A DNA stretch of 64,000 nucleotides from a bacterium (lineage in GTDB: Bacteria > Margulisbacteria > Marinamargulisbacteria > UBA817 > JAQBTH01). Below are positions 1-9,446 of this stretch, piece after piece. The notes below the pieces were generated by a model. That model was not told the DNA's origin. It did not search any database and was given only the letters and a program-made list of their open reading frames with translations. The first letter of the stretch is position 1. Every line of letters starts with the position of its first letter. The stretch is taken from positions 1,485 through 65,484 of the forward strand of contig JAQBTH010000001.1 in NCBI GenBank assembly GCA_027623425.1, read 5' to 3'. The translations under genes were made by a program, and so were the position numbers.

Positions 1-536
<536 letters not shown>

Positions 537-539
537 AAC

Positions 540-959
540 ATGAGCGAACGCACCCAATTCACAGTTAAAACGATTACTCCGTCTGGTGTTCAGCTAGAAA
601 AAACGGCAACTTTTGCCCGTATTTCGTCTAGCATAGGTGAAATTGGCATTATGCCAAATCACACACCGTCGTTAGTAACCATAGAACCTTGTGAATTTGT
701 GGTGCGCGTCGGCGAAAAAGAAGAGCTGTCATACTTCGTTCCCGAAGGTATCGCTCAAATTAAAGAAGGCGAGCTAATACTTGTCGTGCCATACATTGAA
801 GCAATGGCAGACATTGATAAAGGCCGCGCGGAACAAGCAAAGAAACGGGCTCAAGAACGTTTAGCTGGAAAAATCAAAGACGAAGAAACAGATATTAAAC
901 GCGCAGAAGCATCATTCAAACGCGCAGAAAATCGCCTAAAAACCCTGGCTCAAGGGTAG
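540..959 (+). CDS. atpC: ATP synthase F1 epsilon subunit
   Basis: 139 aa immediately after atpD; N-terminal beta-sandwich plus C-terminal helical AKKRAQERLA region typical of epsilon. Confidence 0.85.
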   Translation: MSERTQFTVKTITPSGVQLEKTATFARISSSIGEIGIMPNHTPSLVTIEPCEFVVRVGEKEELSYFVPEGIAQIKEGELILVVPYIEAMADIDKGRAEQAKKRAQERLAGKIKDEETDIKRAEASFKRAENRLKTLAQG

Positions 960-968
960 TTTACCACA

Positions 969-1316
969 CTAATTGTATGGCCGTATATCGTCCAGGTGCA
1001 TTTCAACCGCACCAAAACGTACAATAATCAAATCAAAACGGCATTGGGTATCGCGCACCCCGTTAGCAACCAAATACAACTGAGCAGTACGCCACAAGTG
1101 CCGCCATTTCTTCTGATTAATCGCGTATCTGGCATCCATAAAGTCCGTCTCGTAGGTCTTCACCTCAACAAAAACCAAAAGTCCCTTGTAGCGACAAACA
1201 ATATCGATTTCCCCCACATTCCGGCGAAAGTTACGTTCCACCACCCGGTAACCTGCCTTTTCTAAAAAAGCGACGGCCACATCTTCCCCATCACGGCCTT
1301 TAATAATATGTTTCAT
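969..1316 (-). CDS. yraN: YraN/UPF0102 family putative endonuclease
   Basis: About 115 aa with a D-EIDIV-…-VFVEVK nuclease-like core; the ATG at 1316 is preceded by a GGGGGG SD; the longer track ORF start is unlikely; conserved downstream partner of rnhB. Confidence 0.7.
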   Translation of the reverse strand: MKHIIKGRDGEDVAVAFLEKAGYRVVERNFRRNVGEIDIVCRYKGLLVFVEVKTYETDFMDARYAINQKKWRHLWRTAQLYLVANGVRDTQCRFDLIIVRFGAVEMHLDDIRPYN

Positions 1317-1454
1317 ATATCCCCCCGAATTAAAGTTCTGAAGTAAGTGAACCATATCTGGAAACTCAAAACAAGGGAGTTTACAAAATAATTGCAATAT
1401 GTAAAATTATTAAGATAAATTTTTATTAATTATACGTTTATTTTGGAGATAAAT

Positions 1455-3194
1455 ATGCCAACTCCCTGCACACTAACCCCAAGACAAGTTTCAATTGGCA
1501 GTGAATTCATAAAAGGAAACCGCCTTTTTGATAGACTGCCTATAGTGATTCAAGAGACCCTAGTTAGAGAAATAAGAAGCCGATCTGCTGTAACACGAGG
1601 CGAAGCAGGATTGCCTCCCAATATTACCATTCCCGTATATGCACAATGGCATCCCCAATTAACTTGCACAGAAATCAGACACTGCGAAGCTGGGTATCCG
1701 AAACCCCTTTCAGTTAAATGGATCTCCCCATTAGAAGAGGCCATATCAAGATTAAATACCATGCTTGGCTTCCGAAGATTCCACCATTTCCCAAACGCCA
1801 GTGCGCCAGAAAACGGAAATAGTTACCGCATTACGATAATGCACACAGGAGCAGGACTAGGCGGCAGAACCATAGGGCATTCCAGTACAGTCAATTTGAA
1901 TGAACTCCACAATTATTCATGGCCCATTTCTGGAGTAATCGCCATTCCAGAAAATTCAAAAGGGTGCGACGATGATTTAGTCGCACTACTGCTACATGAA
2001 TTAGGGCATCAAATTGGAAGTGGGCATGCCCCATTTGATGGTAGTTGTGCCAAACTCATGGGTGCCAGAAGTGTGATGGAAGCCATACATAACCCCCACC
2101 ATGATAGCAACCCCTACACAACATTAATGCTGCAAACAGCGGACTCAGATGCTGCATATATGCGCCGTGAATTCCCAAGATTGCACAGCATGACACAGCT
2201 TTTTGCCAAAAGCTTGGATGAATGCCCACGTATTGAGTCTCCTGGAAACAGCGCACTGGGTGAATGCGGCACCAAACAAGACTTATGGTGCAATGTCGGT
2301 GAAGAGCTAAAATCTATCGTTCCCAAAAAATTAGAACCCGCCACTATAGTGGCATTCGCAGGCGGCATTATCCCAGCAATCAACCACAACCTATTACCAA
2401 ACCACAAACTATCTTTACCAGCCCAGCAGATTGCAAGCGCCACCCTGATTTTAACCGCAATCGCACTCACCCACCAAAACCAACCACTGCATACTAACGA
2501 AATACCCAGCCTAGAAACGGAACTCCTCATCGCATCGGCCACCTTAATAACGGGAAACCTACTGCGAACTGGCGCTACCTACACATCTACTAAATTATCT
2601 GGCTATTCCAAAGCCTCCATCGACATTATCTTCAATTCCATGTTCACACCTCTAATTTTTACCATTATCACATTAGCCGCTTCAGATACCCAAAACAAAA
2701 AAGAAACGTTTTCAACCAACATACAAGCCATGGTATTAGGCACACTATTAAACGCATTAATTGCCTGGCTAAGTGTGAAAATAGCATACTGGTCCGGTCT
2801 ACTTACATCCCCTACCCCCCCAACCAAAGTAGAAAACTTAGACAATGCATTCAGAATAAGAATTGACGCAGCAGACAGTGACGAAGAGCGACCAAGCTCG
2901 AATCGGCCACACAGCGCCGAGCAAAGAAGAGTGTATAGCCCAGATAATCCTTTAGGTTGGAGTGTCAGACAAGCCCCCAGATTGAGACAACGCTCAATTC
3001 TAAACTCACATCAATCCCCCTCCCCTGAAAAAGAAGAATCGCCAGATAAATACATTAAAGCGCTACCTAAACACCGCATAGAATCAACATCTACCGACAT
3101 CGAATCAGATACATCTCCCGCAAAATATGTCCCTAATTGGGATGGAAAAACAGCCCGAATAAACCCCGACCGCCATGACACGTTTCAAACGTAA
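1455..3194 (+). CDS. Hypothetical membrane protein with a metzincin-type zinc-protease motif (HELGHQIGSGH = HExxHxxGxxH), about four predicted TM helices and a Ser/Pro/Arg-rich C-terminal tail
   Basis: ATG at 1455 with GGAG SD 6 nt upstream (the track start at 1443 is TTG); motif encoded at 1995-2027; a possible Met-turn (SVMEA) follows; hydrophobic segments at residues ~300-440. Confidence 0.6.
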   Translation: MPTPCTLTPRQVSIGSEFIKGNRLFDRLPIVIQETLVREIRSRSAVTRGEAGLPPNITIPVYAQWHPQLTCTEIRHCEAGYPKPLSVKWISPLEEAISRLNTMLGFRRFHHFPNASAPENGNSYRITIMHTGAGLGGRTIGHSSTVNLNELHNYSWPISGVIAIPENSKGCDDDLVALLLHELGHQIGSGHAPFDGSCAKLMGARSVMEAIHNPHHDSNPYTTLMLQTADSDAAYMRREFPRLHSMTQLFAKSLDECPRIESPGNSALGECGTKQDLWCNVGEELKSIVPKKLEPATIVAFAGGIIPAINHNLLPNHKLSLPAQQIASATLILTAIALTHQNQPLHTNEIPSLETELLIASATLITGNLLRTGATYTSTKLSGYSKASIDIIFNSMFTPLIFTIITLAASDTQNKKETFSTNIQAMVLGTLLNALIAWLSVKIAYWSGLLTSPTPPTKVENLDNAFRIRIDAADSDEERPSSNRPHSAEQRRVYSPDNPLGWSVRQAPRLRQRSILNSHQSPSPEKEESPDKYIKALPKHRIESTSTDIESDTSPAKYVPNWDGKTARINPDRHDTFQT

Positions 3195-3764
3195 TTAAAA
3201 CAAACGCGCCTGTTTATATAAGTTAAAACTACGGCGATGTTGGGGGGTGAGCCCTAATCGTAAAATGGCATCATAATGGGCCTCTGTTCCATAGCCTTTA
3301 TGCCGTGAAAAATCATAACCTGGATACCGCAAGTCAAACCGTTGCATTAACCGGTCACGCATCACTTTTGCCACAATCGACGCAGCGGAAATACATGCAT
3401 GGAGAGAATCACCCTGAATAACGGCTTTCGTAGGCACAGACACACCGCAAGGAACTCGGTTGCCATCTACCATGCACTCGCGTGGCCGTATTCGTAACCT
3501 CCCTATCGCGCGCGAGAAGGAGCGCATAGTCGCATTCAAAATATTCACATCATCGATGAGCTTAGGCCCCACCATGGCCACAGAGATCACTGCGTCACTG
3601 GCTTTAAGTTCTTCAAAAAGGCGTTCTCGTGCTCTAGGAGACAATTTCTTAGAGTCATCCAGCCCCAAAAGTATAGTGTCACCCCGTAAAATCACAGCAG
3701 CAGCCACTACAGGCCCCACTAATGCACCCCGCCCTGCTTCGTCTACTCCAGCAACTAAATCCAT
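3195..3764 (-). CDS. rnhB: Ribonuclease HII
   Basis: MDLVAGVDEAGRGALVGPVVAAAVIL… N-terminus and DDSKKL motif diagnostic of RNase HII. Confidence 0.9.
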   Translation of the reverse strand: MDLVAGVDEAGRGALVGPVVAAAVILRGDTILLGLDDSKKLSPRARERLFEELKASDAVISVAMVGPKLIDDVNILNATMRSFSRAIGRLRIRPRECMVDGNRVPCGVSVPTKAVIQGDSLHACISAASIVAKVMRDRLMQRFDLRYPGYDFSRHKGYGTEAHYDAILRLGLTPQHRRSFNLYKQARLF

Positions 3765-3879
3765 GGGACAAGCCTACCATGCAAATGAGGCGAATATCTA
3801 CCATGCAAAATACCATGTAAAAACCATGGGGAACTGTGTTTCATCAGTAAGTTACTTATTCTGACTACTAGATAGGGTT

Positions 3880-3965
3880 GTATACTATAAGTTGTATAAT
3901 TCATCGTTTTAATGATCTATTAATATTATAGTATACATGAAACTATCTATATGGCATACTATAAG
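3880..3965. promoter_or_regulatory. Candidate AbiEi operator/promoter: three copies of (G/C)ATACTATAAG, two direct (3880-3891, 3955-3965) and one inverted (TTATAGTATAC, 3926-3936), in the AT-rich region upstream of abiEi
   Basis: Perfect 11-bp inverted repeat spaced ~35 bp plus a third direct copy, 50-135 bp upstream of the ATG at 4015. Confidence 0.4.
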
Positions 3966-4014
3966 GCGTTTAGTTCATTTTATACGTGAAATATAGAGGT
4001 TATAATATATAAAG

Positions 4015-4803
4015 ATGAAAAAGCCAAAACAAAAACTTGGGAAGATTATTAGAGACGCAGGGGAAATATTTAACGTTTCCTCAGCGGCCAAAGTATTGGA
4101 TGTCCCTAATACAGAGGCTGCTAAGATACTGGCGCGATGGACAAAACAGGGTTGGTTAACTCGTATTCAGCGAGGTTTATATGCCGTTGTCCCTATTGAA
4201 GCCTCTACAACAAATCAGGCACTTGAAGATGCATGGATTCTTGCACCGGAGCTTTTTGCACCTTGTTATATAGGAGGATGGTCTGCTGCAGAACATTGGG
4301 ATTATACGGAGCAAATATTTAGAGATATTTGTGTGATAACAGAGCGTGTTGTAGCGACTAAAAAGAAAGAGGTACACGGTATTAAATTCATAGTGACTCG
4401 AATAAAGAATGCGCTGGATTTTGGTACCAAAACTTTGTGGCGCCAAGATAAGAAAATCCTAATTTCTGACCCCCACAAAACTATTATTGATATGATGGTT
4501 AACCCCGAACTTGGCGGTGGCATTCAGCATACTATGGAATGTTTCTCTGCCTATCTTGAAAGCACGCACTTTGACCCTGATAAATTAGCTGATTATGCAG
4601 AAAAACTAAGTAATGGCGCTGTATATAAACGACTAGGTTATTTATGTGAAAGAAAATTGGGGGATACACACCTACTAACGAAAATCTGCAAATCAAATCT
4701 TAGCAAAGGTAATGCGTACCTAGACCCTAATATAAAGAATGGGGCTCTAATTTCACGTTGGCGGTTATTTGTGCCTGTTAATATTAGGGATAGTAATAAG
4801 TGA
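4015..4803 (+). CDS. AbiEi-like antitoxin / transcriptional regulator (type IV TA / abortive-infection family)
   Basis: N-terminal wHTH-like segment with the RGLYAVVP motif characteristic of the AbiEi_4 domain; stop codon overlaps the GTG start of the downstream nucleotidyltransferase (GTGA). Confidence 0.6.
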   Translation: MKKPKQKLGKIIRDAGEIFNVSSAAKVLDVPNTEAAKILARWTKQGWLTRIQRGLYAVVPIEASTTNQALEDAWILAPELFAPCYIGGWSAAEHWDYTEQIFRDICVITERVVATKKKEVHGIKFIVTRIKNALDFGTKTLWRQDKKILISDPHKTIIDMMVNPELGGGIQHTMECFSAYLESTHFDPDKLADYAEKLSNGAVYKRLGYLCERKLGDTHLLTKICKSNLSKGNAYLDPNIKNGALISRWRLFVPVNIRDSNK

Positions 4804-6074
4804 TTCCAAAACGAGAAATTCTTGAAATTGCCACTAACAGCAACCTTACGCCTCATGTCATAGAAAAGGATTATGTGCTGGGGTGGATGCTTGAAGGTAT
4901 CCACAATCATGCAGAACTCAAAGAATCATGGGCATTCAAAGGTGGAACATGTCTTAAAAAATGTTACTTTGAAACATATCGTTTCTCAGAAGACCTGGAT
5001 TTTACACTTACTGATAAATCCCATATCAATGAAAAGTTTCTAAAAGGTGTTTTTGCAGAAATAAGTGACTGGGTTTATGAATCTTCTGGCGTAGAGATTC
5101 CAGTTGATAGAATGATTTTTGAAATTTGCGAGAATCCCAGAGGCGTGATGTCATGTCAGGGAAGGCTGTTTTATCGAGGCCCAAACGCACCACAATCAAA
5201 TAAACAAATGCCACGTATAAAACTTGATCTGTCAGTAGATGAAGTAATTGTAGCAACTCCTGTTATTAACCTGGTTAGCCATTCCTACAGTGATCTTACA
5301 GAAGACGGCTTCCATATACGATGCTATTCATACGAAGAGGTCTTCGCAGAAAAAATTAGGGCACTAGGTGAAAGGACGCGCCCCAGAGATTTGTACGACG
5401 TTATAAATTTCTACCGCAGGCCAGAATCAGAAGAAAGATCGCCTGCAGTAAACAATATTTTACAGCAGAAATGTAAGTTTAAAGATATTAAAATTCCAAC
5501 ATATGCCGCCTTGGAAAAACATAGAGAAGATTGTGCTTCTGGTTGGCAACAAAAGTTGAGTCCCCAACTACAAGCACTTCCTCCTTTTGAATCGTACTGG
5601 GATGAGTTGCCTGGCTTCCTTGAATGGCTAAATAGTCCTGAATCAGTCGCGCCAAGAACACGCGAAATTATTCCATCAAAACCTGGGACCATTGTTGACA
5701 ACACGCCTATTGATTTAAGGAGTCTTGATAGTGGTACTTCACAGTTAAGCTTACTTAACAGGATTCGTTTTGCTGCCGCTAACCACCTATGTGTTGAGTT
5801 GGTTTATCGTAAGGAAGATGGAGAACAAAATACCTATATCATTGAGCCCTACTCATTAAGGCGGACATCAGATAATAACTTGTTACTATACTCAATGAAG
5901 CATGGCACTGCAGACGATGGAAGGCCCCGTGCATTCAGGACAGATCGTATTATAAGCGCGAAAGCCACAGATAAAACCTTTACGCCAAAATATATGGTCG
6001 AATTTTTACCCTCCTGCCCTGTAAACACCAGTATGCCTGTATCCAGCGGTAAAAAAAGTTTAGGGCTAACCTAA
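4800..6074 (+). CDS. AbiEii/AbiGii-family nucleotidyltransferase toxin (DUF1814) fused to a C-terminal WYL-like domain
   Basis: GTG start; motifs FKGGTCL, SEDLDF and RPRDLYD (NTase motifs I-III); C-terminal ~120 aa with Y..EDGE…IIEPYSL…LLLYSMK…RAFRTDRI pattern typical of WYL domains. Confidence 0.75.
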   Translation: MIPKREILEIATNSNLTPHVIEKDYVLGWMLEGIHNHAELKESWAFKGGTCLKKCYFETYRFSEDLDFTLTDKSHINEKFLKGVFAEISDWVYESSGVEIPVDRMIFEICENPRGVMSCQGRLFYRGPNAPQSNKQMPRIKLDLSVDEVIVATPVINLVSHSYSDLTEDGFHIRCYSYEEVFAEKIRALGERTRPRDLYDVINFYRRPESEERSPAVNNILQQKCKFKDIKIPTYAALEKHREDCASGWQQKLSPQLQALPPFESYWDELPGFLEWLNSPESVAPRTREIIPSKPGTIVDNTPIDLRSLDSGTSQLSLLNRIRFAAANHLCVELVYRKEDGEQNTYIIEPYSLRRTSDNNLLLYSMKHGTADDGRPRAFRTDRIISAKATDKTFTPKYMVEFLPSCPVNTSMPVSSGKKSLGLT

Positions 6075-6180
6075 GCCAGACAAGAAGAAGTAATTCCCCC
6101 AGAAGACAAAAAAGTAGCGAAAACCCAGTTAACCCCACACTATGCGTGAAGAAGGGTTCAATTTTTTATAGTGCAAGGCA

Positions 6181-6240
6181 AAACAACTAAAGTTACCGCA
6201 GGCGTATTTAACATACGTCGAGGACAGCTTTAGTTGTTTT
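6181..6240. repeat. Palindromic intergenic element (copy A of dispersed repeat CGCAGGCGTAT…ATACGTCGAGGACAGC) flanked by a perfect 12-bp inverted repeat AAACAACTAAAG/CTTTAGTTGTTT; probable bidirectional terminator between convergent abiEii and fabF
   Basis: Seen directly; the core recurs at 25447-25482 and 42194-42237. Confidence 0.6.
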
Positions 6241-6259
6241 AACGCCGCAATAGAAAAAA

Positions 6260-7495
6260 TTAAACTCTTCTAAAAATTAATACCGCGTTATGCCCACCAA
6301 ACCCAAATGAGTTCGACATAACCGAATTCACTTTCATTTCACGCGCCACATTTGGCACATAATCCAAATCACAGTCTGGGTCTTTATGCTCGTAATTAAT
6401 CGTAGGCGGCACAACTTGGTTCTGCAGGACTTGCACAGCGGCTACCGCTTCAATTGCGCCTGCAGCGCCTAACAAATGGCCTGTCATTGATTTTGTAGAG
6501 CTAACCGCAAATTTATAAGCATGATCGCCAAATACAGCTTTCATCGCGGCCGTTTCATTTTTATCATTTAATTTAGTAGAGGTACCATGGGCATTCACAT
6601 AATCCACATCCACAGTGTTCATCTGCGCATCTTCAAGAGCCGCTTTCATCGCACGCTGAGCGCCTTCACCTTCTGGTGCAGGAGCTGTTAAATGGTACGC
6701 ATCACCTGAACTACCATATCCCACCAATTCAGCCAAAATAGTGGCGCCACGTTTTTTGGCGGATTCATACTCTTCTAAAATAACGATGCCAGCACCTTCA
6801 CCCATTACGAACCCATCTCGCTCACCATCAAAGGGGCGACATGCATGCATAATGTCATCATTACGCTGCGACAACGAGCGCGCCGCACAAAAACTGCCCA
6901 ACCCCACAGGAGTCACGCAGGATTCTGCACCACCCGCAATCATCGCATCTGCTTGACCACGTTCAATAATTTTAGCGGCATTACCAATGGCATGCGTTGA
7001 TGACGCACAGGCCGTAACAGTGGCAGAATTCGGGCCTTTAGCACCCGTTTTCATCGACACCATTCCCGTGGCCATATCAGCAATCATCATTGGCACCGTA
7101 AATGGGCTCATTTTAGAAGGACCGCGCTCAGCCAATGTGATGCACGCTTCTTCTAATATTTCCAATCCGCCAATACCGGATCCAATTTCCACCCCAATGC
7201 GATTGGCATTTGCTTCCACATCATAGCCAGAATCTTCTAGAGCCTGACGGGCAGCAATAACAGCCAACATCACAAACTTCGACGTACGACGCGCTTCCTT
7301 TTTATCAAAATGATCCTCATAATTCAGACCCTTAATTTGCGCAGCAAAACGGGTTGAAAACTCAGTCACATCAAAATGTTCCACTGGTGCAACACCCGAA
7401 CGCCCAGTCATTAAACCTTCCCAATAGTCAGCAGGATTTAATCCGAGCGGATTTACAGTCCCCACACCAGTGATGACAACGCGTCGCTTAGTCAC
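6260..7495 (-). CDS. fabF: 3-oxoacyl-ACP synthase II
   Basis: 411 aa, KAS II motifs (active-site Cys region …TACASSTHAIG…, HGTSTKLND, GHLLGAAG); last gene of the fab operon. Confidence 0.95.
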   Translation of the reverse strand: MTKRRVVITGVGTVNPLGLNPADYWEGLMTGRSGVAPVEHFDVTEFSTRFAAQIKGLNYEDHFDKKEARRTSKFVMLAVIAARQALEDSGYDVEANANRIGVEIGSGIGGLEILEEACITLAERGPSKMSPFTVPMMIADMATGMVSMKTGAKGPNSATVTACASSTHAIGNAAKIIERGQADAMIAGGAESCVTPVGLGSFCAARSLSQRNDDIMHACRPFDGERDGFVMGEGAGIVILEEYESAKKRGATILAELVGYGSSGDAYHLTAPAPEGEGAQRAMKAALEDAQMNTVDVDYVNAHGTSTKLNDKNETAAMKAVFGDHAYKFAVSSTKSMTGHLLGAAGAIEAVAAVQVLQNQVVPPTINYEHKDPDCDLDYVPNVAREMKVNSVMSNSFGFGGHNAVLIFRRV

Positions 7496-7504
7496 GATTC
7501 GAAA

Positions 7505-7756
7505 TTACTCTGAAACGTTTTTAAGGATGTAATCTACAGTCAAACCAACTGTTGTTAGCTTTTCTGCATCTTCATCAGCGATTTCCGTGCCAAACTCTTC
7601 TTCTAAAGCCATAACTAGCTCTACTGTATCAAGAGAATCTGCACCAAGATCCTCTGTAAATGATGCGTTTTCGCTTACATCGTCTTCAGATACACCTAAC
7701 TGCTCTACAACTACACCTTTTACTTTTTCTAATACTTGTTCTTTACTAAGTGACAT
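7505..7756 (-). CDS. acpP: Acyl carrier protein
   Basis: 83 aa with the [20 protein letters not shown] phosphopantetheine-attachment motif. Confidence 0.95.
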   Translation of the reverse strand: MSLSKEQVLEKVKGVVVEQLGVSEDDVSENASFTEDLGADSLDTVELVMALEEEFGTEIADEDAEKLTTVGLTVDYILKNVSE

Positions 7757-7777
7757 AATTTGTTCCTCCTTGAGTTT

Positions 7778-8512
7778 TTACATTAAAAGTCCGCCATCAA
7801 TCGTTAACACCTGACCAGTCATATACTGAGACTGATCCGACGCTAAGAAGGAAACTAGGTTCGCAATGTCAGACACTTGACCCAATCGCCTTAATGGCAC
7901 ACTTTCAATTATAGTATTAAGGTACTGCTCAGGTAAAGACTCAATCATATCTGTCTCAATAAATCCAGGGGCAACCACATTTGCCAGTATACCTTTTGGG
8001 CCATATTCCTTTGCAAGAGACTTGGTAAATGCAATCGCACCCGCCTTAGAAGCCGCATAATTGGCCTGCCCTGGGTTACCCATTTGACCCACAACAGATG
8101 AAATCGTGATAATACGTCCAGCACGCTGTTTTAGCATCGGACGAAGCACTGCTTTGGAACAATAGAATACCGAATTTAAATTTGTGGTGATGACCGATTG
8201 CCAATCTTCAGCGCTCATACGAAGCAACAAATTGTCGCGAGTAATCCCTGCATTATTGACCAATACATCCACACGACCGAAAGCAGCCATAGTGGCATCT
8301 ACCATCGCCTTAACAGACGCTTCATCAGAAACATCCACCCCCACGCCCAACGTTTTAACACCGTATTCAGCGGCTAAACGGGTTGCCACTTCTTTAGATT
8401 TTTCTTCTTTAGTTGAACTCACCACAATAGTGGCGCCAGCCGCAGCCAAACCTTCGGCAATCGCAAGGCCAATTCCACGACTCGATCCAGTTACAATAAT
8501 CACCTTATCCAT
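7778..8512 (-). CDS. fabG: 3-oxoacyl-ACP reductase
   Basis: 244-aa SDR with TGSSRGIG and NNAG motifs; sits between fabD and acpP. Confidence 0.9.
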   Translation of the reverse strand: MDKVIIVTGSSRGIGLAIAEGLAAAGATIVVSSTKEEKSKEVATRLAAEYGVKTLGVGVDVSDEASVKAMVDATMAAFGRVDVLVNNAGITRDNLLLRMSAEDWQSVITTNLNSVFYCSKAVLRPMLKQRAGRIITISSVVGQMGNPGQANYAASKAGAIAFTKSLAKEYGPKGILANVVAPGFIETDMIESLPEQYLNTIIESVPLRRLGQVSDIANLVSFLASDQSQYMTGQVLTIDGGLLM

Positions 8513-8518
8513 ATATTT

Positions 8519-9433
8519 TTATACCTCCAATTTTTCTAAAAACACATCACTGTTCATAGAATCACATTCAATTTCAGGGGCAATTTTTTTAATTAGCGCG
8601 CCCAACACCTTACCTGGCCCAAATTCAGTAATACGCGTTACCTCACCAGATATCGATTGAATGGATTGTGTCCAACGCACTGGCGATTTTACTTGTTCTG
8701 GCAAATTCGCTTTTAGCGCCGCCGCAGAGGTCTCTTTTTGAGCCGTACGATTAAGAACGATAGGTATACGTGCATCATGAAAATCAATCCCTTCAATAAA
8801 GGCTGCCAACCCTTCAGCGGCACCTGCCATCTGTTCCGTATGAAACGCCCCACCGACTTTAAGTGGCACAACACGTTTCGCACCCGCCTTACTAAGCGCT
8901 TCTCCGGCAGCAAAAACACCGTCTTTAGTACCAGATATAACCGTTTGAATGGGTGCGTTATAATTGGCGATTACAGCACCGTCTATAGGCGCAATAACAG
9001 ATTCAATTTTAGCGGCATCCATACCTAAAATAGCTGACATCGCACCAGGTTGATTTACCGCTGCCTGACGCATCAATGACCCACGCTTATCAACCACCTT
9101 TAGCGCTGAATCAAAATCCAACACTCCGGCCACATAATAGGCCGTTAATTCGCCCAAACTATGCCCTGCTAAAAATGCGGGATTCAATGGTGTGCGCTCA
9201 TTCACCAATTCATACAGCGCCGCCGAAATCACAAATATACCCAATTGCGCGTTATCTGTTTGAACTAATTCATCTTCAGGCCCTTCGAAACAAATCCGTT
9301 TTATGTCTCGGCCTGATACCTCGCTTGCCCGATCAAAATACGCATTAACGCGAGATTCTGCCGCCGCTAATTCTTTTCCCATCCCCACAAATTGAGACCC
9401 CTGCCCTGCAAATACAATTCCTAATCCACTCAT
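8519..9433 (-). CDS. fabD: Malonyl-CoA:ACP transacylase
   Basis: 304 aa, GQGSQ and GHSLGE motifs. Confidence 0.9.
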   Translation of the reverse strand: MSGLGIVFAGQGSQFVGMGKELAAAESRVNAYFDRASEVSGRDIKRICFEGPEDELVQTDNAQLGIFVISAALYELVNERTPLNPAFLAGHSLGELTAYYVAGVLDFDSALKVVDKRGSLMRQAAVNQPGAMSAILGMDAAKIESVIAPIDGAVIANYNAPIQTVISGTKDGVFAAGEALSKAGAKRVVPLKVGGAFHTEQMAGAAEGLAAFIEGIDFHDARIPIVLNRTAQKETSAAALKANLPEQVKSPVRWTQSIQSISGEVTRITEFGPGKVLGALIKKIAPEIECDSMNSDVFLEKLEV

Positions 9434-9446
9434 TGTTATATCTCCT

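Noticed and set aside
3460-3864. 134-aa plus-strand ORF
   Set aside because: It is antisense to, and overlaps, rnhB, with a low-complexity S/A/R-rich translation; it is spurious.
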